From positions 3,747 through 67,746 of IMG/VR virus record IMGVR_UViG_3300028832_000138: a DNA stretch of 64,000 bases. One strand, 5' to 3'. The DNA is from a virus. Taxonomy: Duplodnaviria; Caudoviricetes. Shown piece after piece: positions 37,476 through 46,269 of this stretch. The notes beneath the pieces were generated by a model. It ran no database searches and was not told where the DNA came from. It worked only from the letters and a program-made list of their open reading frames with translations. Position 1 is the stretch's first letter; every line of letters begins with the position of its first letter. The translations under genes were made by a program, and so were the position numbers.

Positions 37476-38087
37476 TTATTGTTCCTCTTCTTCAGGTAAT
37501 ATAAGAATTTTTACTCCGTTTTTTTGAGCATTTTCTAATTTTTTATCATCAGTATCCCAACAAGCAATTGAACCATCATAAGAATTTTTAAGTGATTCTA
37601 ATTTTTGTATAATATTTTTAATTGCTTTTTTTACTTCGCTTAGTGATTCAATTCCAGCTATTGTATATGAATGTTCTTGGCTTTCTGTTAAATCCTCTAT
37701 AAGATTATTTAATGTTCGTATATCTTCATCAGTATCTTGTATAAAACTTTCTTTTCTTGTCAAATTTGTTTTATTTAGTTCGATTATTTGATCTTCGATG
37801 TTAGACAATACTTGTTCAGAAATATTAGAACCAGCAAATAACATATCAACTTCTTCTGGTGTATAATCTCTAAACATATCAACAGAAGATCTTATATCTT
37901 CTAATGTTTTATAATCTTCACTACCAAAATCTAAATCAGCTTGAATATTTGAAATAGCTTCTTCGATACCATCACCACTATACAATACATCTTCATTTGT
38001 GGTTGGTATTTTTTCAACTACAGAATCTTGCATTTCAATATTTTCTGTATTGTCATCTGTAAAATTGTCCAAAGCATCTGTTCCCAT
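37476..38087 (-). CDS. acidic hypothetical protein
   Basis: 203 aa, SD AAGG, abuts both neighbours. Confidence 0.8.
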   Translation of the reverse strand: MGTDALDNFTDDNTENIEMQDSVVEKIPTTNEDVLYSGDGIEEAISNIQADLDFGSEDYKTLEDIRSSVDMFRDYTPEEVDMLFAGSNISEQVLSNIEDQIIELNKTNLTRKESFIQDTDEDIRTLNNLIEDLTESQEHSYTIAGIESLSEVKKAIKNIIQKLESLKNSYDGSIACWDTDDKKLENAQKNGVKILILPEEEEQ

Positions 38088-38097
38088 TTTAAAAACC

Positions 38098-38544
38098 TTA
38101 TTGTGGCATATCTAACATTCTATATTGATCTGATATTGTATTAAAATCTGCAACATCTTCTGTTTTTTCTTCACTATCTTTTGGAGAGCCTAACCCAACG
38201 ATCATATTGGAAATAAAACCAAAATCTTTTATAGTATCATCTAAGTTTACTTCTTTATTTTTCACTCTATCTTTTAAATGTTGAGCCATATTAGAAGCAT
38301 AAGATTTTATTACACTCCCATCTTTTTCTGAATTTGCAATATTTTCAAAGTTATCTATTGCATCTCTATAAGTCATAATATATTCACCAGATAAAGCATG
38401 GGGATCTAATACTTGTTTTTCTTGATTTTGTTGTGCATCTTGTTCTTTATTACCAAGAAAAAACTTCTTAATTTTATCCATAAAACCTTCTTCGATTTTA
38501 TGGTTTTCTAATGATTCAATAAAAGTGTTTCTAATTTTTGACAT
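38098..38544 (-). CDS. acidic hypothetical protein (start revised to MSKIRNTFIESLE)
   Basis: The track start at 38601 overlaps the upstream gene by 56 nt; ATG 38544 lies 1 nt after the upstream stop. Confidence 0.75.
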   Translation of the reverse strand: MSKIRNTFIESLENHKIEEGFMDKIKKFFLGNKEQDAQQNQEKQVLDPHALSGEYIMTYRDAIDNFENIANSEKDGSVIKSYASNMAQHLKDRVKNKEVNLDDTIKDFGFISNMIVGLGSPKDSEEKTEDVADFNTISDQYRMLDMPQ

Positions 38545-38545
38545 A

Positions 38546-39238
38546 TTATTTATTCTCTGGTTCTGATATAAAATAATGATGTGCTTTTGGTTCTTCAGCA
38601 TCTCTTTTGCCTAAGAATAAAGTAGTCATATTCCCAGCATCAACTTCCACATCTAATTCTTTTGGTAATTCTACATCGCCATACCCAGTAACTGTGAACA
38701 TTTTTTCTTCGCCACGATTACCATAAGTGTTTTCTATTACTTGTAACCCTGTAGATGCTGTTTCAGGTAATAATTTATTTAATGCATTTTTTACTTGATA
38801 AGCAGCAATACGTGGGTCTGTGTTGAATTGTTTGATACCAGAAACATCAGATTCAGATTCTTTCAAAAGTTTACTTACTTCGCCTAAAAAGCTTGATTCA
38901 CCATAGATATAATTATGGAATGTATGATGAGGTTCTTCTTCACTTTCTGGAGCTCTATCACAAGCTTCACCTTCTTGTTCTACTCCAATAACAATTGTTG
39001 CACCATCAATAACATCACCGTTTTCTGAATTTCTATCGTGTGTAGAAATATTTAATGGCAATTCATGATCGATACGATTACGATCTAAATTTTCTGGATC
39101 TGTAATTTCATCCGGAGTAAATTCTCCATTTTCTCTGTCTAGTTTGCGACTTTCCCAACTTGTTGCATTTGTGTCGATTATTTCAGCAGAGCTTTCTACA
39201 GCTTCTAGTAATTCATAAACTTTTTCTCTTATTGACAT
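38546..39238 (-). CDS. acidic hypothetical protein, candidate head-packaged protein
   Basis: 230 aa; N-terminal YELLEAVES; AAGGA SD. Confidence 0.8.
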   Translation of the reverse strand: MSIREKVYELLEAVESSAEIIDTNATSWESRKLDRENGEFTPDEITDPENLDRNRIDHELPLNISTHDRNSENGDVIDGATIVIGVEQEGEACDRAPESEEEPHHTFHNYIYGESSFLGEVSKLLKESESDVSGIKQFNTDPRIAAYQVKNALNKLLPETASTGLQVIENTYGNRGEEKMFTVTGYGDVELPKELDVEVDAGNMTTLFLGKRDAEEPKAHHYFISEPENK

Positions 39239-39241
39239 AAT

Positions 39242-39391
39242 TTATTTTCCTTTGGTATCAAATACTCTTTTATACTTGAACTTGTTTTCGTGCACTTTTT
39301 TTGCGTGTCTCAATTTTGATCTTTCGTATCTATTCATGAGAGCACAAAATTCCTTGTAGCTTATCTTTGAAGTTATATTGTCTTGAGTCAT
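39242..39391 (-). CDS. unannotated 49-aa basic protein (MTQDNITSKISYKEFCALMNRYERSKLRHAKKVHENKFKYKRVFDTKGK)
   Basis: ATGA overlap with the upstream stop; fills the gap exactly; its 3' end carries the SD of the next gene. Confidence 0.75.
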   Translation of the reverse strand: MTQDNITSKISYKEFCALMNRYERSKLRHAKKVHENKFKYKRVFDTKGK

Positions 39392-39687
39392 TCTTTTATT
39401 CCTTTACATACTGTTATAATTTTACCGGTTTTACTTTTATCATATATAGCAAATTTAGGTTTTCCTTCTGCGACCCATTTCTCTACAAGGTTTATGTGAA
39501 AATGATTCCTGTGATTGTGGGTCTCTGAAAAAAAATGACAAGAACATTCTTTTTTTGGTGATAGTGTTACAAAATAAGAATCAACCAAAAATCCCTTCAA
39601 TTTATAATCTACAAAAAATCCTTCTTCGGTTTCTCTGATTAGATACATAAAATAGTTTCCCCTTTTTAATTTTAATTTCCCAGCCAC
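39388..39687 (-). CDS. small SWIM-like zinc-finger protein (probable start ATG 39648)
   Basis: YFVTL...CSC...HxH; AGGGG SD 10 nt before ATG 39648; the track's GTG start lies in a hairpin. Confidence 0.65.
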   Translation of the reverse strand: MAGKLKLKRGNYFMYLIRETEEGFFVDYKLKGFLVDSYFVTLSPKKECSCHFFSETHNHRNHFHINLVEKWVAEGKPKFAIYDKSKTGKIITVCKGIKE

Positions 39688-39703
39688 TAAAAAGCAGCTG
39701 GGA
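39678..39703. other. 7-bp GC-rich hairpin after the 363-aa gene (mRNA 3' stabiliser, or terminator in the plus direction)
   Basis: TCCCAGC-N12-GCTGGGA; a T-tract follows only on the plus strand. Confidence 0.4.
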
Positions 39704-39715
39704 TTATTTTTTACA

Positions 39716-40807
39716 TTAAGCTATAAAACGCTTTTTAAATCTGCCTTCTTCGTCTGCATCTGCAATCCATTGTTTTGCTTCAACATCTTCTTTGAATGCA
39801 CGTACGTTTTTACCCAATTTTGTATCGAATACCATTACGCCTTCTTTCAAAGAACGAGAAACGAATGAATTAGCAATTGTTGCGATAGCTGATTCAGACA
39901 AGCCAAGTTTTTCTAATTTGCTTGACATTTCAACTAAATCTTTAGCAGATTTTTCAGATGCATCATAAGCTTCCATTACACTTTCTAATTCTGCTGTTTG
40001 TTCTGCATCTAAGCCAGCTTCAAAGTCTGCCGGTTGTACTGCTGGAACTGGTTCTGTGTCTGCACCTAACATATCGTCTGCAGAATCGAAACCATCTTCA
40101 AACATTTTACCAGTGTTGTTTACTGTATCCCAATAACCAATAGCTTTACCTTCTGCATCGAAAGCAATTTCTGCATCACCAGGAGCTACTGTACCGTTGA
40201 TAGCTTGAACAGCTGATTTGAAATCATCATATGATAACATATCAGAAGCAACATTTGAATCTGCTGCGACAGTGCCTAAATCGATTGGAGCGTCATCTTC
40301 TTCATCGATCATCAAAGCTTCACAATGGCAGCTCTTACCGCATTCGATTTTGTTATCAGCAATCTTGTTGCATTTTTCTTCTACAGTTTCATCTTCTTCT
40401 GAGTCAACTGTTGCAACTTCGATACTGTCATCTTCTTCATCACTGCCTTCATCTTCTGCAACTGCATCGACTAAGCCGTCAACAATATCTTCTAATGATG
40501 TGCCATCCAAAGCAGCATCAATAGCTGGTTTTTCAATAAATTCTACATCGCCCAATGATTCAGCTGATTTCATTGCATCAACGATTTTTGTTGCTAAATC
40601 ATCGTCTGTAACAACAACTACAGTAGAAGGATCTTTAATAGCTAAATCACCGTCAGCTGTTGCACCTAAAATAACTTGTTTACCTTTTTCGATTTCCAAG
40701 TCACCTTCATCTGTTTCAAGAACCAATTTCTTAGAAGCAATCCAAGCCTTTGATTCTTTCAATTTATCAAGTGCCATACGAGCACGTAATCTTTTAATCT
40801 GCTTCAT
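39716..40807 (-). CDS. very acidic protein, candidate prohead core/scaffold or internal head protein
   Basis: 363 aa, D/E/A-rich; KLKES, LSES, LKEG sites; has its own AGTTCTAT motif. Confidence 0.55.
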   Translation of the reverse strand: MKQIKRLRARMALDKLKESKAWIASKKLVLETDEGDLEIEKGKQVILGATADGDLAIKDPSTVVVVTDDDLATKIVDAMKSAESLGDVEFIEKPAIDAALDGTSLEDIVDGLVDAVAEDEGSDEEDDSIEVATVDSEEDETVEEKCNKIADNKIECGKSCHCEALMIDEEDDAPIDLGTVAADSNVASDMLSYDDFKSAVQAINGTVAPGDAEIAFDAEGKAIGYWDTVNNTGKMFEDGFDSADDMLGADTEPVPAVQPADFEAGLDAEQTAELESVMEAYDASEKSAKDLVEMSSKLEKLGLSESAIATIANSFVSRSLKEGVMVFDTKLGKNVRAFKEDVEAKQWIADADEEGRFKKRFIA

Positions 40808-40892
40808 TTTAATTTACCTTTTTATATTTTTATAATTTATTTATTTTTCAAAGACTAGGATGTAAAAATGTTTAAACTAGGATATCTTTATA

Positions 40893-40900
40893 ATAGAACT
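40893..40900 (-). promoter_or_regulatory. AGTTCTAT motif upstream of 39716..40807
   Basis: Exact intergenic motif 85 nt before the ATG. Confidence 0.65.
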
Positions 40901-40932
40901 ATGTCACTAAAAATTAATTGCGATTTTTGTAA

Positions 40933-41799
40933 TTAATTTATGACTATACGATTTACTCTTGATTCGTTTTCCACATGGATATTTTCTCTGATTTGTTCGA
41001 TGAATCCTTGTGGTGCTGGGATGTCTGTTAGATAAGCCCAAACATGAGTGACAAAATTTACTGAATATATATAACCTGATCCTTTTAGTTTTTGTTCTGA
41101 TGTTGGTACTTTGTTTATGTTTGGAATATCAAAAACAGTAAATATATGTAACTCTGAACCATCTAAAATTTCTGATTTGAATGGATGCCATATTTGACCG
41201 TCTGCACATCTCAATATAAAATTATTCATCAAATATCTAGCTTCTTGTTTTTGTTCAACTAATATAGAAGATGTGTATGTAGTGATTATTTGTTTTGCTT
41301 TAAATACAGATGGAGCTTTTGATTCTGTTGCTCTCAAATCATCTGCTGAGAATGTACCTGTTGTGCTTCCAAGATCTACTACGAATTTTGTACTGTTTTC
41401 CAATATTGCTTTTATGGTTCCTTTCATTCCTCTGTAAAATCCACTTATAATACAAACAATATCACCAACAGCCCATTCTTGTGGTTTACCATCTGTTACA
41501 AATTCCCATTGATGTATACGATTACCTGTTCCATAAAAAACTTCAGTAATATCGTCTGCTTGATATGCTAAGATTGGGTATTGTATATCTATTTTTTTCT
41601 TACTATTTTTTATAAGCCAAGCATTAAATATTTCTTCAGTATCTAATTCATCAACCATAATAACTTGATCTTCATCCCATAAAGGCAAGTTAGATTCTTC
41701 AGTTTTTAATCTTGGGTCTGCTATTCTCATTTCCTTCAAGAATATATTACCCATTTCTACATCGATTTCATTTAAAGATGATTGTATTTTTATAGCCAT
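40933..41799 (-). CDS. hypothetical protein with an internal KOW-like motif; possibly a tail terminator/neck protein
   Basis: WAVGDIVCIISGFYRGMKGTI is KOW-like; the tail-completion role is inferred from size and context only. Confidence 0.45.
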   Translation of the reverse strand: MAIKIQSSLNEIDVEMGNIFLKEMRIADPRLKTEESNLPLWDEDQVIMVDELDTEEIFNAWLIKNSKKKIDIQYPILAYQADDITEVFYGTGNRIHQWEFVTDGKPQEWAVGDIVCIISGFYRGMKGTIKAILENSTKFVVDLGSTTGTFSADDLRATESKAPSVFKAKQIITTYTSSILVEQKQEARYLMNNFILRCADGQIWHPFKSEILDGSELHIFTVFDIPNINKVPTSEQKLKGSGYIYSVNFVTHVWAYLTDIPAPQGFIEQIRENIHVENESRVNRIVIN

Positions 41800-41800
41800 T

Positions 41801-42361
41801 TTATTGTATTATTCCATTGTTTTGTAATTGTGTTATAACATTTTGAAGATGTTTACATAATCCTGGTACTACTGGTTTTGGTGTTCCTGTACCTTTGGAT
41901 CTAATTGTCATATTGGGACCAGTTGAAGCTCTGTCTCTTTTGTTACCAGTAAAGTATGCATATTTATAACTTGGACAGCCACATCTTACTTGTACATCTG
42001 TAGAATCTGCATCCATTGGCTCTAAGAAAAATACTTTATTATAATTTGTTACGAATAAAATTTTACCGTTTGATTGTGGATATGGTGTATTTACTTCAAT
42101 ATCTTGTGAAGCTAAAAATTCCAATTCTTCTGGATTTGTTACTTCTTCTGCATTCACTCTAAGAAAATCTATTTTAAAAGGATAATTTGCTGTTTTACCT
42201 TTATATAACCCCCAAATGCTGAATCGTTTTGTCCCAGCCTCATAAGAAAATTGGCTTCTTTCTATTCCTTCACCAGCATCTTCTATGTGATTATTTTGAG
42301 CATCATTACCGGAACGGATTAAATCATTTATAGAGGCTTCTTGAATTATTGTATTTTTCAT
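41801..42361 (-). CDS. SWIM zinc-finger protein
   Basis: VQVRCGCPSYKY...GLCKHL (CxC...CxH). Confidence 0.75.
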   Translation of the reverse strand: MKNTIIQEASINDLIRSGNDAQNNHIEDAGEGIERSQFSYEAGTKRFSIWGLYKGKTANYPFKIDFLRVNAEEVTNPEELEFLASQDIEVNTPYPQSNGKILFVTNYNKVFFLEPMDADSTDVQVRCGCPSYKYAYFTGNKRDRASTGPNMTIRSKGTGTPKPVVPGLCKHLQNVITQLQNNGIIQ

Positions 42362-42790
42362 TTATTTTTCCTTGCTGTAATTTAGATTTTTTACAATCCA
42401 ATCTATGCAATCTTTTTCAGTCCTCCATTCCAACACTTCATATCCCATAGATTCTAATAATTGTGTTTGTACTATTTGTTCTGCACTTTTTTTACCTTTA
42501 TCATATTTAAATTCTACAAAAGTTACTTTACCTTTATATAGAATAATTAAATCAGGTGCTCCAACAGTTGCTCCCATTGCTATCATATGTTGTTTATAAA
42601 TAGCTTTAGACTTAATATCTTTTATAAAGCTTATACCGTTGAACACATCCGTACAAAAACAAAGACAATTACTAGCTCTCAATCTTTTTACACAACACTT
42701 TTGAAGTTTGTGTTCTGAGTCAATATTAGAATTAGTAAGTGTTGTTTTTAATTTGAATGATGCTTTTCTGTTATTCTTGAACATCTTCAC
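42362..42790 (-). CDS. VRR-NUC (PD-(D/E)xK) nuclease
   Basis: GAPDLIIL...FVEFK..KGKKSAEQ...GYEV. Confidence 0.85.
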   Translation of the reverse strand: MKMFKNNRKASFKLKTTLTNSNIDSEHKLQKCCVKRLRASNCLCFCTDVFNGISFIKDIKSKAIYKQHMIAMGATVGAPDLIILYKGKVTFVEFKYDKGKKSAEQIVQTQLLESMGYEVLEWRTEKDCIDWIVKNLNYSKEK

Positions 42791-43148
42791 CGGCTTCTTC
42801 AGCTAGCAGCAACATTCCAAGTGTCAACAAATCTGTATGTAAATCTTCCCATTTGCGTATTGCATTATTTGTATTTAATGCTTTTGCGTTTTCTTCGTTG
42901 ATTTCTAGTTTTGCTGCGGATTCTCCAATTAATTGTAAAGAACTTTGTATAAGTGGTTTGTCTTGATACAACTGTTCTTCCACTATTTTATTATATAACT
43001 GCAAACCTTCTTTTAGTGTGCTTGTTAGTTTTGTAAAAGATTCAGAACAAATAATTAGTTTTCCTTCTTCATCATCGGTATATTCATCTAATAGTCTATC
43101 GGAATCAATTAAAAAAGTTTCCAATAGTTGTTTTAATTTTTTATCCAT
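42771..43148 (-). CDS. hypothetical protein
   Basis: 125 aa; overlaps and is coupled to its neighbours. Confidence 0.75.
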   Translation of the reverse strand: MDKKLKQLLETFLIDSDRLLDEYTDDEEGKLIICSESFTKLTSTLKEGLQLYNKIVEEQLYQDKPLIQSSLQLIGESAAKLEINEENAKALNTNNAIRKWEDLHTDLLTLGMLLLAEEAGEDVQE

Positions 43149-43437
43149 TTATATCCCCCGTTTCTAAAATTTCTTCTATTTTGTTTAGATTTCCATTTTC
43201 AGCATAATCAGTTAGAATAGAAATCAAAAAATATGCAGCATCTTGATCAAACACTAAACTCTTTTTTTCGTTGCTGTCATATAAATATAAAAAACTCTTA
43301 TCACCAGCTTCTCTAACTTTTATTGTAATTGAATTTTTGTCAATATCTGTAAAAGTTATTTCATTGGTGTATACAATGTTGAGTTTATTTTCCTTTGCTT
43401 TTTTCTTTTTAAATAGATGTTTTATTCCGTTAAACAT
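43141..43437 (-). CDS. hypothetical protein
   Basis: 98 aa; AAAGGGG SD; AGTTCTAT motif upstream. Confidence 0.8.
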   Translation of the reverse strand: MFNGIKHLFKKKKAKENKLNIVYTNEITFTDIDKNSITIKVREAGDKSFLYLYDSNEKKSLVFDQDAAYFLISILTDYAENGNLNKIEEILETGDING

Positions 43438-43458
43438 TTTTACCCCTTTGTCTCTTTT

Positions 43459-43466
43459 ATAGAACT
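43459..43466 (-). promoter_or_regulatory. AGTTCTAT motif upstream of 43141..43437
   Basis: Exact intergenic motif 21 nt before the ATG. Confidence 0.7.
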
Positions 43467-43480
43467 ATGGAAAAAATATT

Positions 43481-44989
43481 TTAATCGGTAATTTTATCAA
43501 TAATGTCAAATAAATTGTGAACGGTTGGTAATTCTATAACACCATTATTTTTCAAAGTTTTTCGTCTAATATTGAAGTGTCTTTCCATAACTTTGTTTGT
43601 ACCAGTGTCATTAAAATCTATCATAAGTGCAATATTTTCTTTACCTTCCTTTTTTCTAGCTACACGACCTGTTTGCTGAATGATTTTTATAGCACTTTGA
43701 CCACCTGTGAATAAAACACCAGCTTGGAATAAAGAAATATCAACACCTTCATCCATAACTTGAGAAGCTAAAACTACATTATAACCATTTTGCAAGGCTT
43801 CTTTTATATCATCAGTGTTGCCTTTCCTACTATTTAGTTTTAGTTTATCATCATATTCGTGTATTTTTTCGCCACCTTGTAAAAATAAGCACTTTACACC
43901 TGATTGGGTAAGTTCTTTCATTATTTTTAATCCGTGGTTTTTTATATCTCTAAATAATGCTAATGTTTTTATTCCTCTTTTGTTTAGGTATTTTACTATT
44001 TCTATTCCTGCCTTGTTTCTTGCTTTGTTATACACTATTGATCTTCTATATTGCAAATAAAATGGCGTATCGACAGGATATTCAACAGGGTATGTCTTAT
44101 AATTGATAAAATAAGAATATGGTTGAGCCACATTATTTCCCTTGATTGAATCTTGTAAGGTAAATTCTATTGCTGGTTCTCCCAATAATCCTATTAAAGT
44201 TACATCATCAGTGTTTTTATATGGATCTTTTGGATTTTTATATGGACTTCCTGTATACCCTATCAAATGTTGAAGATTAGAAGTGTAAAAAAGTACAGAA
44301 AAATGAGATAAACTCTGAAAATGTTGTACTTCATCTACCATAATAACTTCTACACTTTTCAGATAGTTTAAATATTCTTCATTTTGTTCTTTTATTTTAT
44401 TATATGATGTTTGTGAAGATATGATAACAATTCGTTTAGATAAATCACTTACACCTGTTCCAATTTCTTCTTTATCTATACCCATTGCTAAAAATCTTTC
44501 ATAAATCTGTTTCAATATAAAATTCTGATTATTCATTACTAATATTTTTTTATTTTTCATTAGTAACGCCGTAAGTGTCATTGTTGATGTTTTGCCTGAT
44601 GATGTACTAGATACTATAAAAGATAAATAACGATTGCATGGAATAAGTGCCATATTTGTTTGATAATCCCTAACTTCAAAACCTGGGCATATTTCTTTTA
44701 CTTTTTCTGCAATATCTAAAACTTCTTGAATATTATGTTCATCTTTTTTTGTGGGTTTATAATCTATTTTTATATCTAATTCCCTACTTAAATATTCGCA
44801 AAATCCTGTTGGAAATTTTATCGTCTCTATATCTAAAACGAAAGAGTGTGGAATCCAAAAATTAGTTATATTCCATTTTTCTCTTTCATAATCATAATCT
44901 GATCTTGTTAATAGTTTTTTAGCCTTTTCTACTACATCATAAGGCTCGTTTGAAAGATAACTCCATAAAGAATCAAATTTATAAATCAT
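43481..44989 (-). CDS. uvsW: SF2 DNA helicase, UvsW-like
   Basis: VRDYQ; STSSGKT (motif I); DEVQH (II); TGS (III); DEGVDI; QQTGRVAR (VI). Confidence 0.85.
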   Translation of the reverse strand: MIYKFDSLWSYLSNEPYDVVEKAKKLLTRSDYDYEREKWNITNFWIPHSFVLDIETIKFPTGFCEYLSRELDIKIDYKPTKKDEHNIQEVLDIAEKVKEICPGFEVRDYQTNMALIPCNRYLSFIVSSTSSGKTSTMTLTALLMKNKKILVMNNQNFILKQIYERFLAMGIDKEEIGTGVSDLSKRIVIISSQTSYNKIKEQNEEYLNYLKSVEVIMVDEVQHFQSLSHFSVLFYTSNLQHLIGYTGSPYKNPKDPYKNTDDVTLIGLLGEPAIEFTLQDSIKGNNVAQPYSYFINYKTYPVEYPVDTPFYLQYRRSIVYNKARNKAGIEIVKYLNKRGIKTLALFRDIKNHGLKIMKELTQSGVKCLFLQGGEKIHEYDDKLKLNSRKGNTDDIKEALQNGYNVVLASQVMDEGVDISLFQAGVLFTGGQSAIKIIQQTGRVARKKEGKENIALMIDFNDTGTNKVMERHFNIRRKTLKNNGVIELPTVHNLFDIIDKITD

Positions 44990-44995
44990 TACTAT

Positions 44996-45024
44996 ATTTT
45001 ATAATTTTTTTGGTTATTTTGCAA
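44996..45024 (-). promoter_or_regulatory. sigma70-type promoter for the helicase, predicting a leaderless mRNA
   Basis: TTGCAA (45024-45019), N17, TAAAAT (45001-44996), then 6 nt to the ATG; no SD. Confidence 0.55.
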
Positions 45025-45113
45025 GTCATTTTTAAAAAGCATTTTTTGAGTTCTTTTAAACAGAATTTTTATCTTCTATTATTTTTGATTTACTTAACTT
45101 ATAGGAATTCAAA

Positions 45114-46034
45114 ATGAAGGCTCTATCTTATAATATTCCATTTATTGCAGGAAAAACTTTCAAATTAGCACTATTTTCAGATTTACATTTAGATTCCCCA
45201 GATTGCAATATTGAACTGTTGAAAAAACACTTAGATGCTTGTAAAAAAGAAGGAAGATATATTATGATGGGTGGGGATGAATTTGATGCTCTTATTCACT
45301 CAGATAAAAAAAGATATACACCATCAAGAACAGATCAAAACAGGGATGATCAAATAAATGAAAAATTAGAAAGAGCCATCGCATTATTACAACCTTATGC
45401 TGATAATATATTATTTATAGGTAGAGGCAATCATGAAGAAAGTATTTTGAAATATTCTGGTGTAGATATGATTGGTCTATTGGTAAAAGAATTAAATCAT
45501 TGGAAAAGTAATGGTGAAATTCAAAAAGGCAATTATCAGAACTTTATTAGACTTAATTGGGTAAAATCTTTCAAAGGACCAAATTATAAAACAGTTCAAC
45601 ACTACGATATATTACAGCATCATGGTATGGGATCTTCTGGTGCAGCCGTAACTAAAGGTACTATAGACTTCAATCGTTTATTGCATGGTACGGATGCTGA
45701 TTTGGTTTGGGTTGGGCATAAACATTCAAGTTGCATATTGCCTTCTGATCCAATAATGACAATAGATCAAAGAGGTAATGTAATAATGAAAAATCGTCAA
45801 GCTATATTAACTCCATCTTATTTGAATGGCAGAAGTATAGATGATCACAATGTGTTGTTTGCAGAAAAGTTTTACACACATCAATCTGCTAGTGGCTATG
45901 GTAAGTTAGATTTTACACCATACTATGAAAATGATGTGCCAAAAATAAAAACAGATTTAGGCATTGAAGTAAATCCTATAGCTGTTATTGGAGAATTGTT
46001 AGAAATAAAACTAAAAAATAAACAAAAGGGATAA
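45114..46034 (+). CDS. calcineurin-like metallophosphoesterase
   Basis: SDLH, GGDEFD, GNHE, HHG and GHKH motifs in canonical order. Confidence 0.9.
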   Translation: MKALSYNIPFIAGKTFKLALFSDLHLDSPDCNIELLKKHLDACKKEGRYIMMGGDEFDALIHSDKKRYTPSRTDQNRDDQINEKLERAIALLQPYADNILFIGRGNHEESILKYSGVDMIGLLVKELNHWKSNGEIQKGNYQNFIRLNWVKSFKGPNYKTVQHYDILQHHGMGSSGAAVTKGTIDFNRLLHGTDADLVWVGHKHSSCILPSDPIMTIDQRGNVIMKNRQAILTPSYLNGRSIDDHNVLFAEKFYTHQSASGYGKLDFTPYYENDVPKIKTDLGIEVNPIAVIGELLEIKLKNKQKG

Positions 46035-46036
46035 TT

Positions 46037-46225
46037 ATGAGTAACTCTAGAGAACAAAAAAAGATGTTAGCATTAAATCTAAAGAGTGCAGATGATATTG
46101 TACAATTCATTATTGCATTCTATGATGAAAAACATATAAAAACAGAAAAAGATTTAATAAAAATGCTAGAAAAAAAGAAACCGCTCAGAACAGCTATAGA
46201 GTTACAAAAGAAATTACAAAAATAA
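46037..46225 (+). CDS. small basic hypothetical protein
   Basis: 62 aa, 2 nt after the phosphoesterase stop, AAGGG SD, terminator follows. Confidence 0.7.
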   Translation: MSNSREQKKMLALNLKSADDIVQFIIAFYDEKHIKTEKDLIKMLEKKKPLRTAIELQKKLQK

Positions 46226-46256
46226 AATAAGCCCGTTTTATTCGGGCTTTATTTTT
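46226..46256. terminator. bidirectional Rho-independent terminator between convergent genes
   Basis: AAGCCCG-TTTTATT-CGGGCTT flanked by A-rich sequence upstream and T-rich sequence downstream. Confidence 0.85.
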
Positions 46257-46269
46257 ACAACTTATATTT

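Noticed and set aside
39716-40807. Major capsid protein call for the 363-aa gene
   Set aside because: Extremely acidic and low-complexity, with no HK97/gp23 features visible.
40218-40835. 205-aa Ser-rich plus-strand ORF
   Set aside because: Antisense shadow of the GAA/GAT-rich acidic gene.
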